In this document: piece by piece, positions 23,209-38,200 of the stretch
Layout of the letters: each line of letters starts with the position of its first letter
Position numbering within the stretch: position 1 is the first letter of the stretch
DNA from: Amoebophrya sp. A120
Lineage: Eukaryota > Protista > Dinoflagellata
Reading direction: 5' to 3'
NCBI GenBank assembly: GCA_905178155.1
Contig: CAJINV010000008.1
Location: 2,467,207 to 2,531,206, forward strand
Length of the DNA: 64,000 nt
Notes under the pieces: model-generated
Seen by the model: the letters and a program-made list of their open reading frames with translations, nothing else
What the model was told of the DNA's origin: nothing
Database searches by the model: none
Made by a program: the position numbers and the translations under genes

Positions 23209-26200
23209 TTAATCTGGAAGCATCGTGAGCATCGCCGTTCCCTTCAACACCCAGTAGTTCGGTTTCTGGTCGGTGTCAAGCATGACAGACAGCACAAAGT
23301 CCTTCCTGGAAACCGTTTTGTACAGGGGACATGTGTATCGGAAATACAGGTAGTCCTCTTCCTGCTGGTATGAAAACGAAATCCCGAATTTTGGTCATCT
23401 CTTCTCAGCCCTGTTTTTTGGTACTTATTTGGGATACTTTGTTGAGGTACTTGCATCTACCGCTTTCTTTTCCTGGTCTTCGTGTTGCCACGCAGGAACA
23501 AACGTCCAGGCTCACATTGTTTTGTAGACATACCACCAGGCAACAACGCATATGCGGCGGAAGACAGACTTTGCATGTGATTTGCTGTTAGTCTGGTGCA
23601 TGCAAACCCAAATTTGTTGCCTGGTCGCAATCAAAGCCCACACGCAAGTCGTGTGTTTCTGTAGGTGTTCACGACACAGACACACTGACACTACAATAGA
23701 ATAAAAAAAAACGAAGCACACGAATAGCAACGCGTGGTATCAACGAGCTGAGAAAAGCATTTATCTCTTGCTGAAACGCCAACATCTGTTTCGCGATTTC
23801 GTAGATCAGAGTACTTGATCCGCGGGAACGCGGTTGTAGGGATCAAATCAACACTGCCCGGTCGTTCGGCGTCGAACCCATCGCCTACTCCCCGCCCACC
23901 AGCAGGTCCACCTCTGCCGGTCTGATGATTTCTCGTCACCCCGTCACCGGACAGCACCCCGTCTCGCCTTCCCGAGATGACCAGAGTGGGCTGGAATTGA
24001 ATGCACGGCGCCGCACTGTACATGGTCCCGAAGTCCTGGTCTTGCAACAGCAACTGCGCGAAATCCCACTGCGCTGCCTCGAGGAACAGGCCATAGACGA
24101 GGATTCCGCACTCGAAAAAATCCGATTTGATCATCTCCAGCTCGTCTCTCTGGAGCTCCGCCGGATCGGAAAACTCGCCCGGCTGGAACTCAAACACCAA
24201 GTTGTCGATGGATATCATGCTTTGAGGATCAACACGGTGGTGCTGATCATAATTCGGTGAAGATCCGGACTGGTGCAAGGAAGGAGCAGTTCCACCTTGC
24301 ACAGCCGGTCGATTGAAGCTAGTCTTGCTGCTTTCTCTGCTGCTTCTCAGAACCGTCGGCCCGAGGCTGTTATTATTTCCACCTAACGTTGTGCTCGCTG
24401 AAGTCGAATACAACCTGGCACAGGCTTGGAGCACCGCAGTTAGGAACCCTTGGGGAAAGAAGAAAGCGGACAGCCAGAACGCTTTCGGTGTGATCTGGCG
24501 CAAGCTCAAGGCCGCATAATGAAGATGACTACTCTGCGAATTACCAGCACCGCTCTTGTGCTGATTCGCCACTACCTCGCGCAAGTGCTTCTTCACGAGC
24601 GAATTGATCCACTGTTTGCCAAACCAGTCGAGGCGGTCCAAGAAATCGTCGATGAAGGACTCCAACTTTTTGCAAGTCGGGTACGCAATCTTCCGCCACT
24701 GCTCCGGAATTTGGAACAGCGCCAACTCGTTCCCGGTCTGCTCCAGCTCGCTCGTCATGACTTGGTAACCGAGCAGCGCCTTTTGCAGTTGCTGCAGGCT
24801 GGTCCGAATCTCCAGGAAAAGCTTGTTGGCCCTCGTCGCCTCCTGGTACAAGCAGGTCAACAGCGAGGAGATCGCCTTGGACTCGCTGACCGGGTGAGTT
24901 GCGTAGTCGCGAAAAGGCGACTGGTGTGCTGCGCTCGGACTTGATGCAGGACTGTCGTTTATTTTCCCTCCAGTTTTAGCTTGCTTAAAATTCGGTGTGG
25001 CTGCGCTGTTGCCGTTGTGCAGCTTTTTGTCAACTACATTTTGGAGCTGATGCTTTGCATTTTGAAGATTCACACTATCCTTTGCCTTACTCGCAGTTCC
25101 GGTAAGAAGCAGAAGCTCCTGACTTTTTTGATCCTGCCCTGTTCCACTATCACCCCCTCCAGGAGCCGCTGCGGCTGCCATAATCTGACTCCGGCGTCTG
25201 GCGGAAAGCGGCGACGTCGGCGCGGTCAGGGACGGACTTCCCTTCAAACCAGTGTTCAGTCCGGCGCTACCGCGGCGGGGGCTGTTTTTGTTCCCGGGAC
25301 TCGATGTGTCCTTCTCGTTTCTACTTGTGCTGCCGTCGTCAGTTCCAGTAATCCTGTTCCGTACGTTGTTGTTTTTCTCCAGCAGCGCTAGCACGCAGTT
25401 CGTGTCCAACAGCGGCACGTTGGCCAGTTTGTTCTCCAGCAAATGCTCCACGATCCGCAAAACCGGGTTTGCCGCGGGCGCGCCGTCCTTTCGCGATGTG
25501 TCGGAGGTGGAAGGCCCAGGCCCACTGCTGGACTTATTTTGCTCCACATCGTTCTTGCCCTGAACTTCTAGTGCGCTGGTAGTCCCTCCCGTAGTCGCAT
25601 CAGTAGAACTACCACTCGATGTTGCCACGGTGCTAGTTGTACCTCCACCCACACCTTCACTTTGCATTTTCAGAATTGTTTCCAGCAGTAGATCAGACTC
25701 GCGCTGCTGGTACGTGATGACCGCATTCGGGTGCAGTCCAAACATGTCCGGCGTGTCTACGTCCGGAATCTGGGCCTCGATGAAATCCAGGAACTGGGAG
25801 ACACTGTACAGGTGCTGTTGATGTTGACTTGCGGTCTTTTCTGCAGTTTCTTTTGCAGCTTTACTCCCCGAGAGAAGTGCGCCTGCTTTCGAAGCATTTC
25901 TCTCATGCTCACTTGCGGCTGAGTTTGTCGCACCAACCCCTTGTGGCGGCGGCAGCTTGAAAAGTCCGCAGTACTTGTAGTTTGCCTTCAGCAAGCTGGG
26001 AGTCAAATATACCTCCAGAATCGCTTTCAGGAGCCGCAAGTCGAATTCGTCCGTGACCCGCCCACCGTAGTTAATTTCACCGATCACAAACTGCAACGTG
26101 TCCCACGAAATCAGGTTGGACAAGGCGTTCTTTGCGTTCATCGTAGTGTTCATCACAGATGACGCACTACCAGAAGACGCCCCAGTTGATGTTGATGAGG

Positions 26201-29200
26201 CTTTAATATTATTCCCACCTCCCATGTTGATCGCAACATCCGCACACGATAGTAGTTCGTTTTTCACATTGGCCAGTGCGATTTCCAGATCGCTTTCGTT
26301 CCAGTCGTACTTCACGTTCCATCCGAGGGGCCCGAACTTCCTCCGCTCCTGAATCAGGACGTGAAAAAACCGCATGCCCAGCTGCAGCTTCTGCCACAAC
26401 CGGGTGTGTTTCTTCTTCTGGTCGAGCAGCTGGGCCGCGTAGGGACTAGTGGTCGACGTTGCACCATCTACTTCGAGATTTTGTTGCTTCTGCGCGAACA
26501 GGTGCATCTCGGAATTGAGGTCTTTGAACAGCTGCATGTCCAGCTCATCGGACATGGATTTCACCGACCGCTGCAGATTCGCTTTCACGCCCTTCGGCGC
26601 CTCGGTAGTGAGTTTGACCGCATTTTGAAGGAGGCTGACGGGGAAGTAGTCGCACGGCATCGAGGTAAGAAAAAGGCGGAAGTTCGGATCTGTTTATGTT
26701 TTGACTGATGCGACGCAAGAAATTAAGTACTGAAATAAACGCTTGCTTTTCATCGCGCATGCTCGAACTGGTGCATCTGCTTCAATCCTGCTATCCGTGG
26801 GGCCGACAACATCCCCGATGAGATGTGCTAAACAACAAAAAAAAGCGTTGAAAATATCTACCAGTATTCTCCCCGCCGTCTGCCTGGATGACATCCACAA
26901 GCTTTTCCAAACTTGGCATCCAGCTTTTGCACAGGTGGCAGTTTTGCAGCAGTATCCACTTCCCCTCCCTCCGTCCCTGCTCGATCATCCTGTGGGCCCG
27001 CGGCCCCTGTCCCTGCCCGAGGGAAATAACTTCCAACTTCACTTTGTGTGGCTGCAGTTGTGCTGCATTTGCAGTTGCGCTTGAAGTTGGTTTACTCGTC
27101 GTGGTCGTCGTGTGTGGCGGTGTTGTTGTCGCTGCGGCACTAAGCATCGCTGCATACTTGTGCAGCATAGCACTCGGATCCGCCGCGTTCGAGGAAAGCA
27201 CAAAAATGACCGGAGTCGTGCTGGTCGAACCGCTACCAGTCTGCTTCTTACCACCGCTAGAGAGTGGTGGTTGCACTGAAGATGCAAAAGCTGCACGACC
27301 AGCACAACTTCCTGCAGCTTTGTTTTCACCAAACAGCACCTTTTCGAAGTCCACCTGGTAGTTGAGAAAGTCCTCGCCGATCACGTGCTTCACATACTCC
27401 GTACACCCGAAAATCACCATGTCGGGACACAACACTTTCAGCAGCAGCAGCTTCAAGAAGTAGTGCATCTCAAGTTTTTCCTCCAGATCGTCTGGAAGTG
27501 CCACCGCCTGTGGCGTGTCCGATTCGGCCCAGTTGGTCCACGCGTCTGGGTTTTGTCGAAGGGAAGTTAGCAGCTCACTGGAGGCCAGGGTCTGCTGCGA
27601 CGATAAATGCGTTCGGACGATGTTTTGCAGCGCCGCCCACTGTTTGTCTGTGTAGGCATCGGGCTTCGCGTTGGCGCCAGCCTGTTTGATATTGGTGTTG
27701 ATAATGTTCCGTGCGGTCTGCTGTTCCGCTGAAGCTACTTGAGGCTTCCCAACATGTAGTTCGGGATCCTTTGCCTCCTGCTGTGTCGTGGAAGTTGATA
27801 CGCCCACCGCAGAGCTGTTTTCCTCTGTGGACGGCCCTGAGCCTCCTCCTCCTGCGCCAGGAGCTGCCGCAGCCCCACCGACAAATAGATTCCACATTTT
27901 GTCCGGCAGATTTCCACCCTCCCGACGATGTATCGACACCGCGAGGCAAAAGCTGAAGGTCGTCTTGTGCCGTTCGAAAAGGCCTTGTGCAACGTTGGTA
28001 AAAATCGTCGTCGACGTTTTCGCAATCAACTTCGCGAGCCGCTTCGAACTCCGGCTCTTATTTGAAGAAGAAGAGCTAGCAGCTGCAGCGGCCGCACTCG
28101 CAGCAAGCTGTTGGTTCTGCAGCGATTGTCGCCGCTGCACGATGCTCTGCCTCCCATGGTAGGGGGTTGCTGGTGAAGCAGGCTGGCTAGATTTAGTTTC
28201 ACTATTTTCTTCCGCGAGGCTCGTGATCGACTCGGTGAATAACTGCTGGAAGTAGGCTAATGAAAACTGGTACATGGCGTCGATTTTGGCCAAATCGGCG
28301 ATGACAAAATACAACAAACTCCCCCGGATCGCGAGCGGCTTGTAGAACGACATCTCCTTGTCGATCGTCTTGTTCGTCTTTTCGCTTTCCGCCACCCGGA
28401 CTTCGATCTCCGACGAGGTCTGCTTTGACTGCTGCAGTGCGGTAATCAGCTCCACGTCGTCCAGAATGTTGGCGACAGAACTGGAATTATCGTCGGCAGC
28501 TTTGGAGTTACCGCCTGTTCGACTTCCGGCTGGATCGTCAAACTCGTCCTCGTCGTCTTCTTCGGCACCAAACATCGACTCCATGTTCCTCCCACTACCG
28601 CTTCCAGATGACGTCAAAAACAGCAACACTTTCTCCTCCAGATTTTCCAGCGCCTGCTTGTCCTCCTGGAGGGAAACGTTCAAGTTCAGCTTTTTCAGCA
28701 TCAAATCTGACGATTCGCACTCCACGACCAGATTCAACAGCTGCTCTTCCAGCCCTTCCGGCGTGATGGAGAAGTTCACCAAAAGCAGTTTCATCGCCAC
28801 CTCCGGGTGGTAGTGCGGATTGGGTAATTTCGTAGTGAAATAGATCGCGAACCGCTCGAAATCGTAGTCGATCTCCTGGTCGCCAAGACGGATCTTGATT
28901 TGGTCGAAGGCCGAAGCCGGGGTTGAGGTGAATTTATTTCCCGTTGTCCCTGCAGTCGGACTTGTTGCGCTGGTTCGATAATAGGCTTTGGACAAAATTG
29001 GCTCCAGCACTGGGTCCAGTTGTTCAAAAACGTCCTCGACCAGCAGCTCGTAACCATTTTTCACGCAATTTTCCAAAAGCACAAGCAACTTCGGATGACT
29101 CGCCTTGATCACCTTAAACTCGGACTGCATCTTCGCGCTGGCTGCGTTTCCAGCGGCAGTATTTGTTGTTGTTTTCCGGCTCTTCGTGCTCGTGGCTGCT

Positions 29201-32200
29201 GTTCTGCCCGTGCTACTACCTGTGGTTCCCTGTTGGCCTTGCTTTGTCTTCCGAGTCTTCTCTTTGTCTGCGGCATTAAAAGTTGTCCCAGCTCCACCCC
29301 CTGAGGACTTTGACGAGGACGAAGCGAACCTTGCTTTCATCCACTTGTTTGCCTGGAACTGCGGGTCGATCATCAGTGGCCATTTCCGCTTGCCCTGCTC
29401 CGTCACGAGTATTCCGTTGCAGATCGAGACGCTGTCCGCTGGCAGTTGGCAATTCTGCCAGTGCCGAAGAATTTTCGCGTCGCCGAGAATTTCTTCTAAT
29501 GCGAAGTTGAACAAAGGAGAATTCAACAATTTTTCTCCCTCGCTAGTATTATTCTCATGCTCTTTAGTTCCAAAGGTATCCCTATCCACCAACACAAACT
29601 GCACCCATTTCTGGACCAGCTCCTCGCGGAAGGATTTCGTGAACGGGCCGTAGTAGCTCAAACAGGAGGAAGACAGAAACACGTTCGTTTCCAAGTACTT
29701 TTCCTCCACGTCCACAATCTTTTGCAGTGACTCGCGCCACCGTTTATCTTCCGACATGAGCGACTTCGTGAGAATGTCCGCTCGTTCTAACCGTTTCTCC
29801 GTCAACAACGACTCGTTGATCAACTTCTCCTTTTCCCTTTCCATCTTGCTCAACTTCTCCTGCAGGGCGTTGACCTCGTCCAGCACCTGCTTCAATTTGC
29901 CCTGCTTGTCCTGCAGGATGCTGTTCGCATTCTCCAGTTCGACGTTCATAATTTTCACCTTTTCCTTTTTCGGCTCGACCTCCTTCGCAACCACGGAATA
30001 GGTGTGGATCGCGTGCGTCCAGAGACACAACGATTTGCACGCCTTCGACTGGTTTCCCACCACATCGGGCTGGTATTCCGGTTTTTTCACGTACTGCTCG
30101 AGCTTCTTCAAGACGTTCGGCTGAATGTTATCCTTGTCGAAGTGCTTCAGCTGCTGGATGAAAGCGTTGTTGTCCGCGAGAAGCGTTTTCCGTGCGTGGT
30201 CCCAGTCGGTTTTCTCGTTCAACAACGTAGAGACCACCTCCATCGTCAGGAGGACCAGAGAAGGGGGTTTGACAAAGGACCGGATTTCCGTGATGTCCTT
30301 CTTGTCCAGCGCGTCAAGGGCTTTGATCGCGTTATTCAGAGCCGGAAGAGCGGTGTTCAGATCCTGCTCCGCCTCCTTCTGCAACGCCGCGACTTTAGAT
30401 TGTTGCTCCTCGACGATTGTGGCGTCTTTCGAAACTTTTTCCTGGATTTTGTCCGCGTTCTGCTTCTCTTTCGAGACAAACGGAATCAGCTGCTCCGTTT
30501 CTTCGATCTTTTTCTTGATTCCCGGCCGGATTTTCTCGTCCAACTGCTGCTGCAGGTTGATCACAAGCTTGTTCGCTTCCTTGATTTTTTCCACCCCGAG
30601 CGTGAGTCGCTGTGAGGACTTCTGCAGCTTTTTCGTCTTTTTCGCCAGCAGGTCTTTGAAAGTCTGCAACAGATCCAGGAAGCTGCTTGGCGTGATGTAC
30701 ACATGTCGCTGCTGCTGCTGCAAAAACGTCACTGCCGTCCTCTCGACGGCCTTGTGGACAAAAACGCAGGCGTCGCAGAATTTATGCGCTTTGATATTCT
30801 CGGACCTTGATGTTTTCGTCTGTTTGTGCGGCGAGCTAGTACTGGCGCCAGGAGAGCGAGCGTTCTGCTGCTGAATATTGGTCGTGGTGGGCAAGTTGAC
30901 TGCTGCACTGCTGGTGTGCAGCGACGGCAGGTTCGCCGCACAGTACTGCTCCGCCACCAGAAACAGAGCCTCCTCGGGCCAAGGGAAAAACCAGTCTACC
31001 GTCGTGCAGTTGATCAAACTCGGAAACAGCCGAATTCGGGTCCGCAGCTTTTCCCCGACCGGGCTCATCGCAAGGACGATGTGGAGGTTTGCTTGGACTT
31101 TCTGCTTGAAAAAGTCCCAGACGTCTTCCTTCGAAACCACAGGTAGGGGCGAAGCCGCTGCTGAGCCGTTGCCACCATAACCGGCGCTCGTCGAATCCTG
31201 TTGAGCGGAAGTGGCGGCCCGGTCGTTGGTCGTAGCGCTGTGTACAACTTGCACGATCGGCTTCAGTGTTTGCGTGATCTCCTCGAGTTGGTCTGTTTGG
31301 TACAGATTCGGCACTTCGCCGGAGTTCAGCAGTGAATTAACGTCTTCGAGAAACGACTCAGACAGGATCTGGCTGTCCGTCAGCAAGAAGCAAGTCTTTG
31401 TGCCGAGAAACTGAAAATTATCGGCTTGGTTCGCTGATTTCGACGTGCCAGCATCTGAACCAACAGCGGAGGTCGAATTCCCTGCTTGCTTGTTTCCACC
31501 CTGCTGGGAGATGGAATTCGGCTGCTTCGTCTTGCTGGATCCGGAAGCTGCAGTGGCTGCTCCTGCTGAACCCTTACCACCTGCAGTTGCTCCTGCGGCT
31601 ATACCAGCACCAACGTCGCCGTGCAGCACGGCGTTCACGCCACTGACCATCCGCAGTAACTCCTGCTCTGCCTCGCGGAACTGCACCAAACCGAAGTTCT
31701 TCGTCATTTCCAACTCAAACTTGACCATCGGATTTACCGGCAACTGTTCGTAAAAGAAGCAACAGAGCTTCGTCAACGAGCTTCGGCCACTGCCGCCGAC
31801 GCCGACGAGAAGCAAAGAGCCGCGCGGCTGGGAAAGAACCCGGGAAATGCGGACGATGTGCGAAATGGCGTCGCCGAAAAACACCAATTGCATCGGCGTG
31901 TTGCTTATCAAATGTAAAAGTGTCTGGGTCTGGAAGAATGCAACTTGTCATGCTAAATCTGAATCAGGCAAAAAACTATGTTGCATGATTGCCAAAAGTT
32001 GTGCATTTTTGACCTAATCGGGAGGCAGTTTCTCATGCAGGATAGGCATTGGAAAGGTTTCGCAGAATCTGTCATGCTATGTCCTACATACCAGACCTCA
32101 TGGGTTATGGAAAACGTGCATGACAAATCTGGCAATCTTCCAGACCCAGACATTTTTGCAATCCATATTGCTGTCGTTGTACTCGTAGTTGTACTGCTGG

Positions 32201-35200
32201 AGCAGGTGTTTCAACTTGCTCAGGTCCTTGATCTCCTCGTAGTTCCCAAATCCTGCGGGGTTAGTGGCGCTCGTCCCACCGCCCGCTCTACTTCGGGAGG
32301 ACGGCGAAGCCGCGGACTGCGACAACGATGCAAAGTTGCCCCAGTACACCGGGAAGGCCACCGGCAAGGAGGAAGCGCTGTTTCCATCGTCCAAGCCTGT
32401 GCCTGGAGAAGCTGAGCGTCCATAATCCGTGGACGATTTTGTTGAACCCATCGTCTTTGTTTTTCCGTCCATCGAATCCAGAAAAACCTCCACATTCCAG
32501 GCCTCCGCCCGGTATTTCTGCTTCATGATTTTCGACAGCTTGTGGAAGAACCACACTTGGTCCTGCTTTGAATTCAAACGGTCGTGGAACACGCGACACA
32601 TCTCGTGAATCCACAGCCGATGGAAGGCTTCCTTGTTGGGGCAGTGTAGCGATTTCACGGAGAGAATTCCCTGGAACACCCGGGCCACGTCCCGGAGATT
32701 GAACAAGTAGTGCGGCTTCGAGGGGGTTGGAAGTAGTTTCGAGACGATGTCCGTGTAGAGCTCAATCGTCGAGGAAACGCAGACGTTGCCGATGATCTGG
32801 ATTTCCTGCTTGAAAGTCTGCAAAAACTGTCCGAGAATCTGGCCGAAAATCTGCTGCATCTGCGTCGCCGAAGTCTGTGGCATGACGAGCAGGTTCGAAT
32901 GCCGCATGAACCTCGGGGAGAGGACTCTTCGGCCGCCGCCGGGAAGGCCGGCGGAGTAGACGAACGTGCAGTTCTGGACGTTCTTCCAGAAGAGCTTCTC
33001 CCGGTCGTAAAAGCCGTGGAAATCCTGGAGGAAGCGGAGCAGCTCGATCACCGGCTGCGCTCCGTACTGCTCCGGCGTCGGCATGTTCACGTCGTCGATC
33101 AAAATGATAGCTTTGGGCTTCAACTGGAATTGCTTCGTCGTCGGAGAAGTGGATGCGGGAGAACCCCCGACGTGCACCGCCACATTCATCCCTTTTTTGA
33201 CGTTCCCGAAGGGGCCGAGAACATTTTTCCGCTTCTTTTCCAATTTCGTTTCGAGGCACAGCTGCGTCTTGCTCGCGGTCGTCTGCGCGCTGAAGATCAG
33301 CTGCGCGAGCGGCTGGAGCAGCGAGCTCGCCGACGCAGGAGTGGCGCCACCGTCGGGACTGCCGCTGTTCTTCTCCTTCAGGCTGCGCATGAGCTTGGTC
33401 AGCAAAAGACTTTTCCCCACGCCCGCTTCGCCCGCGAGAAAGGCAGACTTGTTCGCGGTAATCAAACGGTCGAGAAGGTAGGAGTAGCGGATCGAATCGA
33501 CGGTCGGGACAAAAAGCTGGTGGAAGAAATCCGGCTGTCGCTGCTTCGGGAACTGCCACTCCGGGGCGAGAGACTCCCAAGGGATCAACTGGGGGGCGGT
33601 GGAAGCGCTAGCTCCGGCGGCCGAAGTAGAAGACGCCGCATTCGTAGAACTACCTCCCTGCGCCGTCGTGCTAGTTCCCGCAGTGGCAATCGCGGTGCTG
33701 CTGGCTTGCTGCGCGTGAAGATGTTGCCCACTTGCACTTCCGACCGTCTGCATGGCGATCGCCTGCAAATCAAACCAGCCACTGTCCAAAGTGGTGCACT
33801 GCCGGTTCACATACTTTTCCCCCATCTTCTGCGTCAAGTGCGCCAAGAAGGCACTGCGCGTCTTCGGCTCAGTCAGGACACACCCAATTGACCAGGTCAA
33901 CGCGAACGCAAAGATCGGCTGCAGAAATTGCTCCAACTGCTTCTCTGAAAGCGTTTGGAGGAAGGAAAACACGTGAAACTGGTTTGAATCTTCGAGAAAT
34001 AGCTGAGCGTCTTGATCACCGTGCTGTGTTCCACCTCTCCTGCTGCTCTCCTCGGTGTTCAGACTCGACGTCCCGCCCAGGTAGTTGCCCCCAACACTGG
34101 ACTCCTTGCTCGCGGACCGCGCGGAGGCCTTGCTTCCCTGCCCGCGGCTTGCGTGCAAGCTCTGCTGCGTTACGCGGTCGGCTGCGTGATGAGACTTGCT
34201 GCCTCCTGTCATCATGGTCGTGCTGTTTCTGTGCCCGCCCCCGCTCGACGGAGACAAGGAGAAACTTGACGTCGAGAACCCGCCGCCACCCTCTGTCACG
34301 CAGCTCCGGGCGTTCTTGGTCGTGCAGCCGTACGCGGTTAGTGCATCAGGGTTATCCAGAATGGCGGAAAAGATGTTGCAAAGGGAAATCACCAGTTGCG
34401 TGTTTTCCGTCGGTACGGCTTCCACACTGCTGGTGGAAGAGAAAGAGCTCTGAGGGCCACTAGCGCCTCCAGATCCTGAAGATGCACCGCCACCGGATGC
34501 TGGGCCGCTCGCGCTTGTCGCTGGTCCTGAGCTAGAACTGCCTGATGCTGAGCCTCCGATGACCGCGCGCAAGACCTTCAAACTCTCGTCAACGTGCTGC
34601 TCGAAGAAGCGCCACAGTTTCTCTCGAAGGCTACTGGCACTGTTCGATTGTAGTTGACCTTGGTCCACACTTGTTGGACTCGCTCGCTCTACTTGCGAAA
34701 ACACCTGCAGTCCCGCAATCCATCTTCTCACGTACGGTCGCCACCCCAGGTCGCCACCGCTTAGGTACACCATCCCAAGACGCGACACCGTTGCTGGACT
34801 GGCCTCCCGCAGAGTGTCGCACTCGAAGAGCAGGCGGATTCTCTCCGGCTTCAGCTTGATCCGTTCCCCAGAAGCCAGGCACAGCATCATGCTGTCGTCC
34901 AGCACCGTGTTCATGTTCTCGATCCAAAGGGCGTCTATCGGACCGTCGAAAACAATCCAGTGCTGCATGGCCGCGGATGCATTGTTCATCCCGTCAGCTT
35001 GCTGCTGATGCGCGGTGGCTGCGACCTCGTTACTTGTTCCCGCAGGAGCTTCTGTAGCACCATGCAGCGCGGCACCAACTTCTGCGGTCGTTGCAGCCGT
35101 GCTGCCTGGTGTCACACCAGCTCCACCAATCGTCGTCATTCGGATGAGGCTGCTCCCTAGCCCGTCCTGCCACTCCTGCGTGAGCTCGGAGAATTCGCCG

Positions 35201-38200
35201 TACAGCTCGCCCATGCTGATGCACTTTGGATTCAGAACATGCGTTTTAATCTCTTTCTGCACGTACTTCTGGACACTAGAAGTAAACATCCTCAGCCGCT
35301 GCTTAGAGCTAGATACACTGCCAGCTCGGAGGTTCCGCGCGAGACCGCGACTTCCCCGGCGTTGGTCAAAGGTGGAAATAATTGCGCCGCCGCCCTCTTT
35401 GCTCATGCTTCTCCTTCTGGTTTCTCCAGTCTTGCTGTTCCGCCTCTGATGACTTTCTGCCACCACCTCCTTCACAGCTCCGGAAAACAAACTGGCACGC
35501 CGGGTACGCGACTTGCTCGCGGTGCGCGCCGTGCCGCTATTTATGCTGACCGACGTGTCCTCTTCGTCGAAGTCCAGAAAGTCGGCATCGTCATCGACGA
35601 AGTCTTTGTGATGTGCCCCACTGCTTGTTCCCCCTTGATGAAACATGCTTTTCCGCTTGGAGCCGCCCCGGTTGCTGCCCATCATCCCCGCGCCGGCCCT
35701 TCCTGCGCTGCTTTTCCGTCCTTCTCCGTGGAAAGCATGTTGCTGCTCCACGAGAAACTGATCACGCAGCAACGTCAAACTTTTCGCCAAAGTCTCGTAG
35801 CACACGGTCTTGCCGCTCAGCGTCTGGCCGACAAGTGAAACACCGATCCGCAGCTGCAACGTCTCGAACAGTTGCACGATCTTCGAGATTTGCGCAGGGA
35901 CGGGTGTGAGGCCAGGTGAAGATGAAAATAAGTTGTCGCCTGTGGTCGCATCGTGGTAGGAGCCCTTTATTGCTGTGTTTATTGTGGTTCCGCGCAACAC
36001 TTCTTCGATTCCCGCTTTTAGGAGGTCGCTAGAACCTCCTTCCGCTAAAGAGCCACCATCTCCCTTTTGCGCGTTCGACGGAAACAGATCTTGCACGATG
36101 TCACTGAACAGCGGAACGTCATCCGCGACAAATTTTGGCACGTTCGCGTCCCGCATCGCAGCCAATAACAGCCGGTGCTCCAGCTCCTCCTCCGTTTCCT
36201 CGTGGTGCGGCGACTGCGAACGCATACTGGGTGCTGCAGCAGGTTGATGATAAACCCCTCTGTAGTTCGTCGTGCCTGGATCTGCTCTGTGCAAGGGATC
36301 AAGATTCTCGTCGTCCATACTCTCTCCCGCAAGAACCTCACTCATGTGTTTTTTTAGCAGGTTCCCTGCCATAAGCAACACCGACTTCACCGCCCGCATC
36401 CCGAAGTCGTAGTGGTCCTGCTGCGACAGCTGCTCGCTGCAGAGCTTGAACAGGTAGGTGAACTTTTTCGACAATTTCCGCGCCGTCGCAAATCCCTCCG
36501 CGAACAGCATCACCTCCGCGATCAAGGTGAAGTCGGGGACCATCATGCTTATCGGGCGAAAGAGAATTTTCAAGTTATCGGGGAGCTCCGTCCTCCCCGC
36601 GTACCCCGGGTTCATCGTGATGCAAACGAGGCACGTCGGCTTCAACTTCAGCAGCACGTTGCCCTCGAAGAAGAACTCAGACAAACATTGCAACAGCGCC
36701 TGCCGGATCGCGGTCAGCTGCTGCGCGATCACGGACAAGACTTCGATGGAAATGCGGTTAAACTCGTCCAAACACGTCCACGACCCGCAACTCACCACGC
36801 CCGAGTACAATTTTGCCATCATCTTGTAGTCGATCTGCTCGGAGCAGTTGAACACCACGCAGTGCCGGGCGAGCTGCTTCGCGAGGTCTTTGGTACTTTC
36901 CGTCTTCCCGGTCCCCGCCGGCCCGCTCGGGTTCGCGCCAAGTTTCAAGTGAAGGGCGCCGGTGATGGTGAGAAAGCAACGGTCGGTCAGGGGGGTGATC
37001 ACCAACCGGGTCGTGTTCCCCGTGTACTCGTAGCCATACTTCACCACGGCGTCAACCTGTCTGACCAAAACTTCGTTCAGGTTCGGGTCCACGGAAGCAG
37101 AGCCGGTGCCCGCGCCGCCCGTTGGTTGGTGCTGCTTGCTGTTCAAGTTCGATTGTTCGCCAGCGCTGTTACTTGTCTCGACGAAGTTATCGTAGTAAAA
37201 CCGCAGCTGCTGTTGCCACTTGAAAGATTTTGCACTGGTGATTTTTTCCTGAGCTAAATTCTCCGTGATGTCCCGGTAATGCACGTCCTGCGTAATCAGC
37301 GCGACGATGGAGAGTCTCTGGAGCCTCGTCAAATTTGGAAAAGTCTTCAGAAGATCGGTCAGCTCCTTCAGCTGCTGCATTTGGATCTGAAACCACTTGG
37401 ACAGAAGCGTGATACTGATCGCGTTTTGCTGCTGCAGCTCCGAAGAAAGGGCAGCCTGCGCCGCTGTTCTCGGAGAAGCACTTGGGGAGTCGGACGTCTT
37501 GTTTGTGGATGTTGCACTTGCGGCGGACGAACTAGCGTTTGTTCTCGCAGTGTTGGAAAAACACTCTTCGGTAATTTTGCACCACAGAATCGCGTCAACT
37601 GTCATGACCACCTGCATGTGCTTTTCCAAAACGAAGCGCGCTCTGGTGTAGTAGCTCCGCTTTTTCGATTCGCGGATTTGCTCGGTGAGCAGCGCCAGTC
37701 TGCTGTGTTCGGCCCTCAAGCCGTGCTGATCCTCGATCATGGCATTATTCCCACGGCCGCTCTTCACAGCACTCCTTGAGGTCGACAGCAGCCGCTGCTT
37801 TCCCTCCAACTCCGACAGTATCGCGTCGGTCGTGGCGAGCTTGCTCCGCACCATGGCCGCGGTCGCTTGGTCCGAAGCAGGGCTATCACCATCGCCGGAC
37901 ACGCTCACGCCCCGCCCGCCGGTCGACCCTGCTTTCGACCCGTGTCGCTGCTTGCTGTGCGACCGCACGTCGTCCTGGTCGAAAAAGTTCTGCCAGGGCG
38001 CTGGGTTGTAAACCGAGTTACTAGCGGCAGTTGTTCCGGGGTGGCTGTAAAAAACACCGTTGCCGATGATATTCGCAAAGTAGTCCCGCAGTCCTCTCCT
38101 CACCAGGGTCCAAATAGACTTTGTCATGGTTTCCTCCACCTCGTTTAACCACCTTTCCACATTCCCGCTCCTCGCTTTCAACGTGCGGTAGAAGTAAACT

